64,000 nucleotides of DNA from NCBI GenBank assembly GCA_004431415.1, contig QPMI01000638.1, forward strand, positions 1 through 64,000, read 5' to 3'. Numbering within the stretch: the stretch's first letter is position 1; every line of letters starts with the position of its first letter. Below, piece by piece: positions 30,025-42,500 of this stretch. The position numbers were made by a program, and so were the translations under genes. The notes below the pieces were generated by a model. That model was not told the DNA's origin. It saw only the letters and a list, made by a program, of their open reading frames with translations, and ran no database searches. The DNA is from Cyanophora paradoxa CCMP329 (taxonomy: Eukaryota; Plantae; Glaucophyta).

Positions 30025-31465
30025 GCTGGGCTCGGGGTGCAAGGCTCGCGAGGGCCAGCACGGCCGATCGACCAGGCTCGATGTACGCCTCGGTCTTGGG
30101 CGAGGCTCGCGGGTCGCCGGTCATCGTACAGGTCTTCTTTCGTCTGCGCGAGGCCGTGCGCGCGGCGCGGCGCCGCAGGGGGCGCGTACTAGCATGGGCA
30201 TCGAGGTTGTCCCTCCGAGATCCGGACAAGATCTGCGACGTCCGTCGGCGAGGGCGACGGGAGGGCGCGTCCGACCGCATTTAGCAGTTCTCCAGAGCTA
30301 GTTCTACGTTTTCGGTGAGCTGACGGAGAGCCTGCCGGCTCGCTGTGGCTGATCGCTGTGTGCATCCCGATCGCATGCCGATCTGGGCTCGCCGGTGCGC
30401 GGGGGTCGCCGATCGGTGCTGAAATGATGTCATAGAGCTACTGGCGATGCGCCCGCATCGCTGCTGGTCGCCGATCGTGCCGGGCTGATGTTGACGATGA
30501 GCTGCCCACGGGTTGCTCCGTAGGCAGTGGCGCCTGTCGGATAGGAGGATTCCCACCCGATTGGGCGCCCGCGCGGTCCAGCGCGGGGCCGGCTCCCTGT
30601 GCTGGAGCAGCTGTGGATGCAGGCTGGTGTATTCTCTGTGTACCCGGAAGACTACTGACACTGTACCCCTAGGACAGGTAGAGGCAGGCCGGCGTAGGCT
30701 ACCGCGAGGTAAACCTACAGGAAGAGAGACTATGCTAAGGCACTCGGACAGCGTCAGGCACCAACTAGCTCTAGTCACTAAGTCACCGCAAGGCCAGGGA
30801 ATCGCGCCATGCGACACTACCGTAGTGCGGTACGCCGGCCGGCGGGCCCAGCCTGCAGCTGGCAGATCGTGGTTTCGAGCTCGATCGAGTCCGATCTATC
30901 CGGTCAGTCCAGCTGCTGAGCTCCGAGGCTCCACGGGCACCATGCATATGCCCGAAAGGTTCTCAATCAAGATCATGAATTGATGGGTATCATGATTAGC
31001 ATGTGTCATGTGTCACATGATTAGCACTTCGGCAAGCGACCACCGTGGCACAATGGATATCGATGTCAATTTAGAGCATTGAGCACCGTGATCATGACAC
31101 ATACACAGAGGTGAAACCACTCAGAAGGCATCAAAAAGACTCGGCGAGGGCGCGGCACAACACAAATTACGAATCGCGGAAGAGGATAGCCTGGCGAACT
31201 ACAGCTTTACAGGCTGGCGGTAATCGATATCCCTACGCGCGCACTATCTGTTCCTACGAGCGTGGCCTAGCTATAGGCTTCAGACAAAAGAAAGCATCTA
31301 CGTCTACAAATAAAATCCGAGTGGCGAATAAATACGCGTGAAAAAAAATACGGAGCATGAAGCAAACAGGGAATATGGAGAGGATGGGAAGATTGGCTGG
31401 GCCCTGCAGCTGCGAGCGGAGCAGATGCGGAGCAGATAGGATCCGTCCCCCGCGGCCTCGAGCGC

Positions 31466-33500
31466 TCAGGCCTCCTGCCTGGCGTCGTCCACGGCCCCGG
31501 GGGAGACCAGGTACGCCTGCTCCCGCCTTGAGGGGGCGGCCGCCCGGGCGGTCGGCCCCCGCTCGAGCGGCGCCACTGCGGAGGGCGTCAGGCGGGGCGA
31601 TGGGGGCGGGGGCAGGGGGCGGGGCGGCTGACCGCGGGAGCCGTGGAAGGGCGGGGGCAGGGCGGGGGCGGCGGTGCGGCGGTAGCGGTAGACGGCGACA
31701 GCGGCGACAGCCGCGACGATTACGACCATGCCGCCGACGACCGCCCCGACGACCACCGCCACCAGCGTCGACGTGCCCGCCAGCGCCGGCGTCGGCGGCT
31801 GCGCCCCCGGCGTGCGCGTCAGACGAGCAGCAAGGGCCTGGGGCTGGGGCGCTCTGGCTCGCAGCGGACCAAGGGCGCGACCTCCGGGCCGCTCGCCACG
31901 AGAGCGAAGGTCGTCTGGGGGCGGGGGTCGGGGGAGGGCGTGGCGCGGCGGGGAGCAGCGGCGGGGCGGCGGGGGGCGGACGAGGTGGCTGCAGAGGCAG
32001 CGCTTGGGGCGCCAGCCGAGGGAGCTCCAGTCCTCGACCTCCTCCTCCTCTGCGGCGGCGTCGAGCAGGCGGCGCCGCGCGGGGCCCTCCGCCTCGGCGA
32101 GGGCGAGGGCCCCCGTGTACGCCCCCGCGATCACCTGCCGCGGCGCCTCGGCGAGCGCGGCGCGCCGGCGAGCTCGGGCCCGGGGCGCACCCCGACGGTC
32201 GTCCCGTTGGGCCCCGCGCGGGTGACGCAGAGGCCCTTCTTGCTGCTGCTGCACTCGTAGACGGTGGTGCAGCCCTCCGCCGACCAAGCCGCGTTCGCCG
32301 CGTCCCACCACTTGCACTCGAGCACTGCGCCGGCGTCGGGTTCGTCGGGGGCGGGCGGCAGGCCGGGGGCGGAGGGGCCGCACCGCTCGGCGCCACGCAG
32401 CGGGGCTTGGGGCAGGCGTTGAGGCTCGGGCACGTGGTCACGAGCGTCAGCGGCCGCGTCGGGTTCTTCCCGTTCGCCGCCAGGTTGCCGTTGTTGTTGT
32501 CTGCGCGGGGTGAGGCCGGGGGTTGGGCGGGCGGGGGGGCGGGCGGACCCATGGCCTGCCCGGTGGAGAGGATGCGGAAGAAGCGGCTGCCGAGGCCGTA
32601 GCCGGCGGCGAAGGCGAAGGTGCCCGTCTGGAGCGAGGCCGGCGCGAGCGACACGGAGGCGTCCTGCTGCCAGCACGCGAGGAGGAAGCGCTCGCCGGCC
32701 TTGACCGGCTTGTTCTCGAGGTTCGTGACCGTGTAGGTGACGGTGCGCGTGAAGAGGCCCGTCGTGGCGTTGTACGAGCCGGCGCCCACGAGCTGGCCCT
32801 CGTCGACGCTCACCGTGCGAATCGCCTCCTCGCTCGACCACAGCAGCCTCGTCACCGGCGGCGTCGCCGCCGGCGTCGGCGTCGGCGTCGGCGCCGCCGC
32901 CGAGGGCGCCGGGGCGGTGGCGTTGACGCCGGGGCGGGGCGTGGAGCCGGGCGGGGCGCCGTTGAGGCAGAAGCAGGCGGGGAGGGTGCAGGCGTCGGGG
33001 CGCGGGCAGCGGACGACGAGGGCGAAGTCGGAGGCGCCGCCGGGCGGCATGTAGTAGCCGACGTCGCGGAGGAGGAAGACGGGGTCTGTGGGGAGGCTCG
33101 CCCCGTCCAGCCGCTGGTTCCACGCGCTCTCGTACGGGCTCCCGCCCTCCGTCGAGAGCTGCGCCGTCGCCGACGTCTGCCGCGCCGCCCCGGCCCGTCA
33201 GCGCGCGCGCGGGGCGTGCGAGGGCGGGTCGAGGGCGCGGGGCCGGCGAGCGCGCCTGCTGGCACTGGACGAAGGGGACGGGCCCCGCGATGGCGGCGCT
33301 GCCCAGGTTCCGGATGGTGTAGGCGACCTGCACGAAGTACCCGGCCGCGTTGCTCCACGGCACCGCCGCGAGCGCCCCGACGCTCACGGAGCAGATCGGC
33401 ACGGGCGTCGCCACCGGCACCGCCGACGGCTCCGGCGTCGGGCTCGCCGCGGGCGTCGGTGACGCCGTCGGGCTCGGAAGACGCGCCGGCGTGGGCCGCT

Positions 33501-33531
<31 letters not shown>

Positions 33532-36500
33532 ACTCGGACTCGGGCTCGGGCTCGGAGACGGGCTCGGGCTCGGCGAGGCGGAGGGCGTGGCGGAGGGCGT
33601 GGCGGAGGGCGTGGCGGAGGGCGTCGCGAGCGGAAGCGTCCGCGCGAGCACCGGGGCGCTCCGCTCGCCTCCGACGCCGCCGCGTACAGGCTGACGCTGC
33701 GCGGGCGGCTCGGGCGGCGCGGCGGGGGCGGGGAGGGGCGGACCTGTACTCGACGGCGGTGTCGGGGTCGAGGGGGCCGTCGACGAAGGCCGTGCCGTTG
33801 GCGCGCGCGAGGGTCGCGGCGAGGGTCCCGTTGCGGAAGAGGCGGGCGCCGAGGACGTAGGCGAGGCTGGCGTCCTCGGGGAGCGAGAAGGCGACCGCGA
33901 CGGAGCGCGCCGTCGCGTTCGCCGCCGCCACGCGCGGCGCCTCCAGCCGCCGCGTCCACAGCGCCGCCTCCCCCGAGAGCGCGCTCGCCGCCCCGCCGCC
34001 GTCTCGAAGCGCGCCGCGTACGCGTGGGCCGTCGCCGGCGCGAGGGGCCCGTCGGTGTGGGCGAACGAGGCCGAGGCGGGGCGGCGGAGCACGAGGGAGC
34101 CTACGGGCGGGGCGGGCGTGAGGGGCGGCGGGGGCGGGGCGAGGGGGGCGCGGGGCGGACCGTTGCGGAAGAGGGAGACGAAGGCGATGGCGGGCCCCGC
34201 CTCCTCGGGCCCCGGGAGGGCCACGAGCACGCGCACCGAGCTCGCCGTCGCGTTGACGAGCGCCACGCTGGGCGCCCCCGGCGCCGCCGTCGCCACGCGC
34301 GCCGCGGCGGACGGGGCGGAGAGGCGGCCGGCGTTGGAGATGTAGCGGGCGGCGAAGAGGTAGACGGTGGACGGGAGCAGGGCGGTGTCGGTGAGGGCGG
34401 GCAGCTGCACGGGCCCGCTCCGCACGAGCGTCCCGTTCCGCAGCAGCTGCAGGTCGCGGCACCGCGACGCGCTGCCGTCCGCCGGCGGGCGCACGAGGAA
34501 GGAGACGCGCGTGGCGGAGACGGCGGCGAGCTCGATCACCGGGGGCGAGGGCGGCGTGCTGGCCGCCACGGCCGCCGACGGGGCCGACGTGCCGCCGGCG
34601 GCGTCCCGCGCGACGGCCGTGTAGGAGAAGGAGGAGGCCGGCGGGGCGGGGTCCACGAAGAGGACCCGCGAGGCGGCGCCGCCCTCGACGGCGATCGTGC
34701 CGACGGGCGCGCCGTCGCGGAGCACGGCGACCTCCACGACGGGCGCCGCCGCGCCGGCGCTCGAGACGGAGACGCTCAGGGTCACCGAGGAGGCCGTGTC
34801 GCCCTCGTGCGCGAGGCTCGGCGGCGGCGGCGGCAGCGGCCGCGTGCTCGCCAGCAGCGGCGCCGAGAGCGCGCTCTGCTCGCCCCGCGCGTTCAGGAAG
34901 ATCGCCACGTACGAGTGGAGCGTGTTCGGCGGCAGGCCTGCTCGCGCCGGTCGGAGAGGGCGCGCAGGACAGGCAGGGGAGGGCGCGCGGACCGGAGTCG
35001 GTGTAGACCGTGTCCGAGTTGGTCAGCTGGCCGACGTAGGAGCTGTTGCGGAAGACGAGAGTGGCGGCGACGGGCGCCCCGGCGCTGGACCCCGGGCGCG
35101 TCACGTTGATCACGACGGACGAGGTGTCCGCGCCCAGCAGCGCGAGCTGCGGCGGCTCGGACACGGGCCCCGAATCCCCGACGGCGCCCGTGTTGAAGCC
35201 GCGCGGCGGTCCGAGGGGTGAGGGCGTTGGCAAGGCGAAGGCAATAGGCGCCTGCAGGTTCGTTACGTTGAGTGCCGCGCCTGCGAAAAGGGAGGGGGGG
35301 GGGGGGGGGGGGGGGGGGAGGGGGAGACGAGGCGATTCAGTACGCGGAACGAGCACCGGAAAGCGAGCAAGCAGCGAACCGGTTGCGGAGTCGTAGAGGG
35401 TCAAGGATGTGGCGCCGCCTTTCTCGCCGAATCCGAAAACCAAGCCCGTCCAGGTAATGACCGTGCTGTCGACCGGGTTCCCCTCGAGCAGGCCCGCTGT
35501 CGTCAGATTCATACTGAGCGGGATGCGGAAACCGCCGACGTCGCCGCCAAGGAGCATGCTGTCGTCCAGGCGCTGGCCTGCGCACAAGCGGGGAGATTAC
35601 GAGGGAGGCGGCGAGCGGAGCGGCGGCGCAGCGGACATGATATGGTCATCGACCCCGTCGACAGGACGATGGGCTTCTCGCCCACGAGGCGCCCGTTCAG
35701 GATGATCTGGGGGCAGGTGAGCGACGGGACACGACAGCAATGAAACGGAGGACGAACCTGCGCGATGCGCTCCACGGCCTCCGCGATCGCGTTGCTCGCG
35801 GCAACGGTGTTCACCGGCGGCGGCGTGGGCAACGGGGTGGGCGTCGGCGTGGCGAGACGGGAGGGCAGGGGCAAGGATGACGGCCTTGGCGTTGTGCGGG
35901 TAGGCGGCCGCAGCGATGGCGTGGGCGTGGGGAGCGCAGCTGCAATGTACGCCGAGGCGTTGCTCGTCAAACCGTTGGCCACGAAGACCTAGGAGCGATT
36001 CAGTGCACAATCTCAACAGCCGCGGGTAACACGGAAAACGGACCACTGCGGAGTACCAGTATGTCAAACCGCCCGTGAGACCGCTGTCCGTCCACGTGCG
36101 CGTCCCATTTGTGAGCGTCGCGATGAGGACCTCCCGACAACCGAGCGCCCTATCGCACTCCTTCCGCCCTGAAGGCCCGTTGTTCCCGTTCCCTGGACAG
36201 ACAAGACACACATGTCAGATGCGAACACATTCTCGTGTTTCAGTGTGCGCACCGCAGCCTTGATTCCCTTCGCCGTTGCCGCCAGCCTGCAAGTTTGCAC
36301 CGGCGTTGTTCTGACTAAGGTGACGCCGGGACGCGGTGGACAAGCAGCGCTTCAAGACCGAATCATAGACGGAAGCAGTGCAAGGGTTGCCGCTGCTAGT
36401 CTGGATCCCGTTACTGCTCAAAATCCAGACGTAGTTCTCGCAGATCCCGCAGGGCACTGTAATGTTCCACACATCATACCGCCGGCCGGGGCGGAAGAGG

Positions 36501-39500
36501 GTCGGTGGAGCAATCGGGCCGAACGATGACGGGGCGACTAGACGGTTGTGTTCGTTGTCGCGAATCCTGTACGACCGGACACCAGGATTCAGGTAGCCTG
36601 CCGAGCGCGCAGTCGTGATCAGATCAGAGCAAGCAAAAGACGAAGGAGAGGCCGAACCAAAGCTGATCGAACAGGAACCGCCGTCGCCATCGACGTCACC
36701 ACGCAGGCAAACCACGCGGTCAACGAACACGCGGATCTTTGGCAGATTGTCGTCCCCGGAATCGTCATCCTCATCGTCCCCAGTGTCATCGTCGACGATG
36801 CCCCCGCTGCTGCCACCTCCATCGCCGCCGCTCTCTTCGTCGGCGATGGGCGAACCCGTGCAGGCTGTGCGGTAGATCCGCGTGCCCGCCGCCAAGTCCG
36901 TCCCCTCGGAGGGGTACGTCACCAGCAGCGAGACCGAGGAAGAGGTGCTGTCGGTTACGACGAGGGCCGGGGGCTCCGGAGGGCCCGTGGAGACGACCAG
37001 CACGTCGGAGGGTGCGGAGGAGACGTCGGAAAGGGATGTGACGATGGCGTGGAACGAGTACTGCGTGCCGGCCTGCAGGCTTCCGGCTACATATGAAGCC
37101 TGGTCAGGAGCCAAACGCGCAACAGCCGCCCCGTCTTGGAAAACGGTCAGATAGGCCACGCCCTCCGCGGCCTGCAGAGTGACGCGTAGCTCGATATATC
37201 GCGAGGAGACTGACACAACGCGCAGGAGCGGCGCGGCCGGTGCGGCGGTCCATACAACAAGGCGCGCCGAGATGGAGGAGTTCACACAGGCTGAAGGACC
37301 GCAGGCCTGCACGTAAGCCGCGTAGAGGTACATGGCGCCAGGAAGCAAGTCTAAGAGACAAGGATGTAAGTACCCGCAGCCAAACAAGTCCAAAGGAAAA
37401 GGGGGTGTACCTGTATCGTTAAAAACCAACGCATTCGCGCTCCGAACGCCCACAAGCGTGTCATTCCGGAGAACAACAATGCTGGTGATGAAAGGAGCAG
37501 AGCCGTCAGTGGGAAGAAGCGCCTGCAAAGAGGCACTGGTCCGCGATGCTCCACCAGGGCCAAGAGTGAGGAGAGGCGAGCCGGGAGCGCCGGTCCTGAA
37601 GATTACAGGCGACGAAACAGGCGTCTGGCCGCTGGAGCCCGAAATGAGAATGTAATAAGCGGAAACCGAATACACAGATCCTGGTGCAAGATCTCTGAGG
37701 GTGATTGCTGCCGCGGCAGCGCCCTGTGCTATCTGAATCGCCGAGCCATTCAAGAGAAGCTGGACGCCCGAAATCACTGACGCGGTTGAATCTGTCGGGA
37801 GCTGGACTGACACTGTTGCCGCCGTCGGGAAGACAGAGAGAACGGAGACAACAGGGGCCGGAGGCGCGAGCGTTAAGACATGCAGCGCGGCGGAAACATC
37901 GCTGGACACTGAAGCCCCCCCGCGAGTTGTCCCAACGAACTGCGCCGTGTACATATACGCGGTCCCAGGGAGCAAGCTGTCATCTACGAAGTACGGGACC
38001 CGATCCAGCCCCACGGTGGCAAGAAGAGTGCCGTTCCTGAAGACAAGCACAGCGCTCAACCCGCCATTGGTCGGCGACGGAGGCACCCAGGACACGTTGA
38101 CATCGATTGCGGAGACCGGCGCCCCGATGACAAGGATCGGTGCACTTGGGGCCGTCCAAACCAGAAGCACCCCGCTCTCAAGCGACGGCGCGCCCATCGT
38201 CGTGTAGTCTGCGGCGTAGCTGTACTGCACCCCAGGGCTCAGCCCGGTGTCCAGAAACTCTCGCACATTTGCTGACAATGTCGTCAAGAGCGCTGCGTCT
38301 CGATACACACGCACTCCCGTGATTATACCATCCACATTAAGGCCCGATTCTTGACGAAGTGAAATTGCGATGCTCGAGCTGGTCGCGTTCAACAGAGCCA
38401 TTGCGGGTGGGTGGGCGCTGCGCGTCGTAACCGAAACTAGCGTCGATGCCGCCGACGTAGTGATATTCGTTGTCAGAATCGCGTCATAAGAGTACGTCGT
38501 GCCCGGAAGGAGACGATCCGTGAACGATGCGGCCAAGCACGACAGCGTAGCAATCTCTGTCCCGTTGCGCCGGATCAAAACTGATTCGCAGTACGCGAAC
38601 GAGTCGTCCTCTGGGAGTGCTATGCCGATATTCGCGCTCGTCTGGGTAATTGACTGTAGAGCCAAGATCGGCGCATCCGGAGCAAGTGCCGACACCTGGA
38701 TTCCCGTCGACGGGAGAGAGCCTGCGCCAGCGGACAGCGATATCGCGGTATACACCACGGAAGATCCCGGTGCCAGATCATCGACGAAGCTGAAGTCGTT
38801 CAGAGCCGTTGTCCGCCACAGTGTCATGAGAGCTCGATTGTCCCGGAATACGCGGAAGCCGGTGACAACCGATTCCGATCCATCCGATGCCATCTTGACA
38901 GCAATCGCAACATATGTGTTTCTGACGAGAATTGTTTCGAGCGTCGGGGGGCCTGGAAGAGGCACGATAGCAACAAATGGACTAGACAGGCGACTCTCCG
39001 TTCCACTCAAACAAGTCCGTGAAAGCTGGTACGAGTACACGGCGCCTGGAAGAACTGATGTATCGTTGAAGACGGCGTGTCCTACATCAAAAGAAGCAAC
39101 GAACGAGCCGTTTCTGTAAAGACGCGACGAGGTCGATGCATCAACAGCCGGCGTCAAACTGATGGTGACAACCGATGTAGTTCGCGTGGCGGAAACGATG
39201 GATGGCTCCCCAGAGAGAGTCCAAAACACAACAGTTGGAGAGGAGTGCGAAGGAGCACCGGTCGTGGTATAGTCCGCAAAATACGAGAACGATGAGCATG
39301 ACTGAAGGCCGACAGCTTCGAACCATCGTGCACTAGGTATCAGCGTCGCAACAGGCCCTGCCGCCCCGACTCGGTAGATGCGAATCGACGTCACCGTCAC
39401 CGCCGCATCATCTGGCATGGCGATCGACATCCCGATGGTTGACGCCGTGGCATTGACAAGGCTCAGTGCAGGAGCGCTCGCCGTCGCCGTCTTCACCGCC

Positions 39501-42500
39501 AGCGGTGCTGATTCAGCCGAGTTCCCAGCAATCGACTCCAGGATCGCCGTGTAGACGTACAGCGTCCCGGGAAGAAGACCCGCGTCGCGAGTGTCATTCG
39601 TCATCCCGGCGCCGAGCGCAAGGGTCGCCACCAGCGTCCCATTGCGCAGCACCCGCGCTGCGCTCACCACCCGCGAGCTCCCATCCGTCGGCACAGAAAT
39701 CCTCAGATGCACTGTCGATGTCGACACGTCGAGTACCGATGCCACTGGCGCAGACGGCCGCGCCGTCACCGTCAGGTTCCCCGACCGTGCGCTCGTTGAG
39801 CCGCCCACGCCGCCGAACTCGCACGCATAGTCGTACGCCTGTCCCGGTACCACCCCCGCGTCCACCAGAGTTGTCGCCCCTGCACCCAGTGCCGGCAGCT
39901 CCACGCCGCTGCGGAAGCAGCGCGTCGAGACGATGGCCCCCGCGCTCCCGTCTGTCGGCATCGCGATGGCGAGCGTCGCCGATGTCGCGGTCGTCGATAC
40001 CAGCTGAATGGAGGGCGCGGAGGGCGCTGTCACCACCACCAGCGCGGCCGACGGGACCGACTGCACCCCGCTCGTTGCTGTTGTCAGCACCAGCGTGTAG
40101 CTGTAGGGCTGGCCAGCATCGAGCCCGCCGTCCGTCGCACTCAGCACGCCGACCCCGAGTGTTTGCACTAGGGTTCCGTTCCTGAACAGCTGTGCGCCGG
40201 TTGCCACAACCCCGCTCCCGTCGGCCGGCAGGACGACCCGCAGTGCAGCTGTTGTCGCCGTCAATGAGACGAGCTCCACCGATGCAGCGCTCGGCGCCGT
40301 CGTAACCGCGAACAAAGCTGATGGCGCCGATCGAACACCCGCCACGGACGTTTCCAGCACTGCAGTGTAGCCGTACGTCTGCCCAGGTTGCAAACCAGCG
40401 TCCAGGTACGTTCCGAATCCGGTCAACGACCCAACCAGCACCGAGTTCCGATAGATGCTCGCACTTGTTACGCCCGTCGTGCTCCCGTCCCCTGGATCCT
40501 GCACCTGAATACTGGCCGACGTCGCTGTCGCACTGCCGAAGCTGAGCGTTGGAGCGGACGGCGCCGTCCGCAGTGTCAGCGTCGGTGACGGCACCGACGC
40601 CGTCGAGCCTTGCCCTTCGACGACCGCCGTGTACACGTACTCCGTCCCTGCCACGAGTCCAGTATCCACGAATGTCCCCGACGTCGGTGGCGTGGATCCC
40701 GTCGGCGAGCCGCCCCTCGTCACCCGCACCAGCGTTGCCGCGCTCAGGCTCCCGTCCGCAGCATATATGATGCCCAGCGTGACCGCACTCGCGTTCGCAC
40801 CCAGGAATCTGAGAGTCGGAGCGCTCACTGGCGTCCACACCAGCAGCTCTGCGGATACTGTGCTCGCCGTCAACCCAAGACCGTCGTATGAAGCCGAGTA
40901 GGTGTACGAGCGGCCTGCCTGGATGCCCGTGTCTACAAACCAAGCGAGCGCCCCCTGCGACGCTGCAAGCTGCACGCCACCACGGTACACTCGAGTCGCT
41001 GTGATCGCGGCCTCCGACCCGTCTGCCAACGGCGAAATCGTCACATTGACTGATTCGGTCGTCGCAGATGCCAATGCCACCGTTGGTGCACTTGGTGCCG
41101 TCCGAGCAAGCAGCGCCACGCTCATGAGTGACGGTGCACCCGTCGTCGCGTAGTCTGCTGTGTAGCTGTACTGCACGCCGGCGCTCAGCCCCGAGTCGAC
41201 GGTCTCACGTACGCCTGGTTGCAATGTCGCCACAAGCTCTGTGTCTCGGTACATGCGAGCACTCGTGACAGTCACGCCCGCGTCCTCCGGGACGGCGATC
41301 GCCAGGCCTATCGACGAAGATGTGGCGTTCACGATCCTAAGCGCCGGCTCTCCAGCAAATGCGGTCCTCCTGCTCACCAGGGCGGACGCCGCTGACGTCG
41401 TGAGCAACGTCCGGACCGTTGCCGAGTACTCGTACATTGTCCCTGGAAGAAGGAGCGAGTCCGTGAACTCCAACTGCCCTGCATTCAATTGCACCACGGT
41501 CCCGTTGCGCGCAATGGACGCTCCCGTAACGAACGAGGCCGACCCGTCCAAAGGGTACGTGAGCCTAAGCTCCACCGTCGAGGTCGTCGCTCGGACCACT
41601 GATAGCTCTGGTGCCGGCGGCGATAGCTGGACCACGGTCAACGGAGTGGAGACGCCCGAACTCGCACCAAGCGTGCGGAATATTGCCGTGTACGTGGCCA
41701 CCGATCCTGGCGCACGCGCAGTGTCCGTGTGCACCGTCACCCCCGCCCCGAGACTCACAATCTCCGTCCCGTTGCGAAGGAGCACCGTTCCAACAATCGT
41801 CCTTTCGCTACCGTCCGAGGGGTACCCAATCGTCAGCGTCGTTGTCGTCGCCGCAGCATTCGCCAACGTCAGCATTGGCGCAGGCGGCACCGCTGCTTGC
41901 ACGAGCAGACTCGCCGACGACGCGCTGGTTGTAAGCTGTGCTGCAGACGCACCCAGACCATCGAACACCGCCCAGTACTCATACGAGAGCCCCGGGAGGA
42001 CCGCCAGGTCCTCGTAAAGAGCCAGCGCACCACCGCCGTGTGATTGGACCTGTGTCCCGTTTCTGAATACGCGAGTTCCGATAATAGCTGCACCCGAGCC
42101 GTCCCCTGGAGCAACGAGCGACAGAGTGATCTTTGTGGGCGTGGAGGACACCATGCTGATCACGGGAGCAGATGGCGAAGTGCGGCCCACAAGAGATGCG
42201 CTCATCGCAGAGTCTGCCCCCGTCGTGGTGTAGTCCGCCGTGTAGGTGTACGCCTGCCCGGCGGCAAGCCCCGTGTCCACGTACGCCCGGATGCTTGCCG
42301 CCAGCGTGGCAACAGGCCCTGCCGCCCCGACTCGGTAGATGCGAATCGACGTCACCGTCACCGCCGCATCATCTGGCATGGCGATCGACATCCCGATGGT
42401 TGACGCCGTGGCATTGACAAGGCTCAGTGCAGGCGCGTTCGCCGTCGCCGTCCTCACCGCCAGCGGTGCTGATTCAGCCGAGTTCCCAGCAATCGACTCC

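Noticed and set aside
28427-31341. ORFs of 65-200 aa in the host flank
   Set aside because: Arg/Ala-rich products expected by chance in GC-rich repeats; no recognisable domains.
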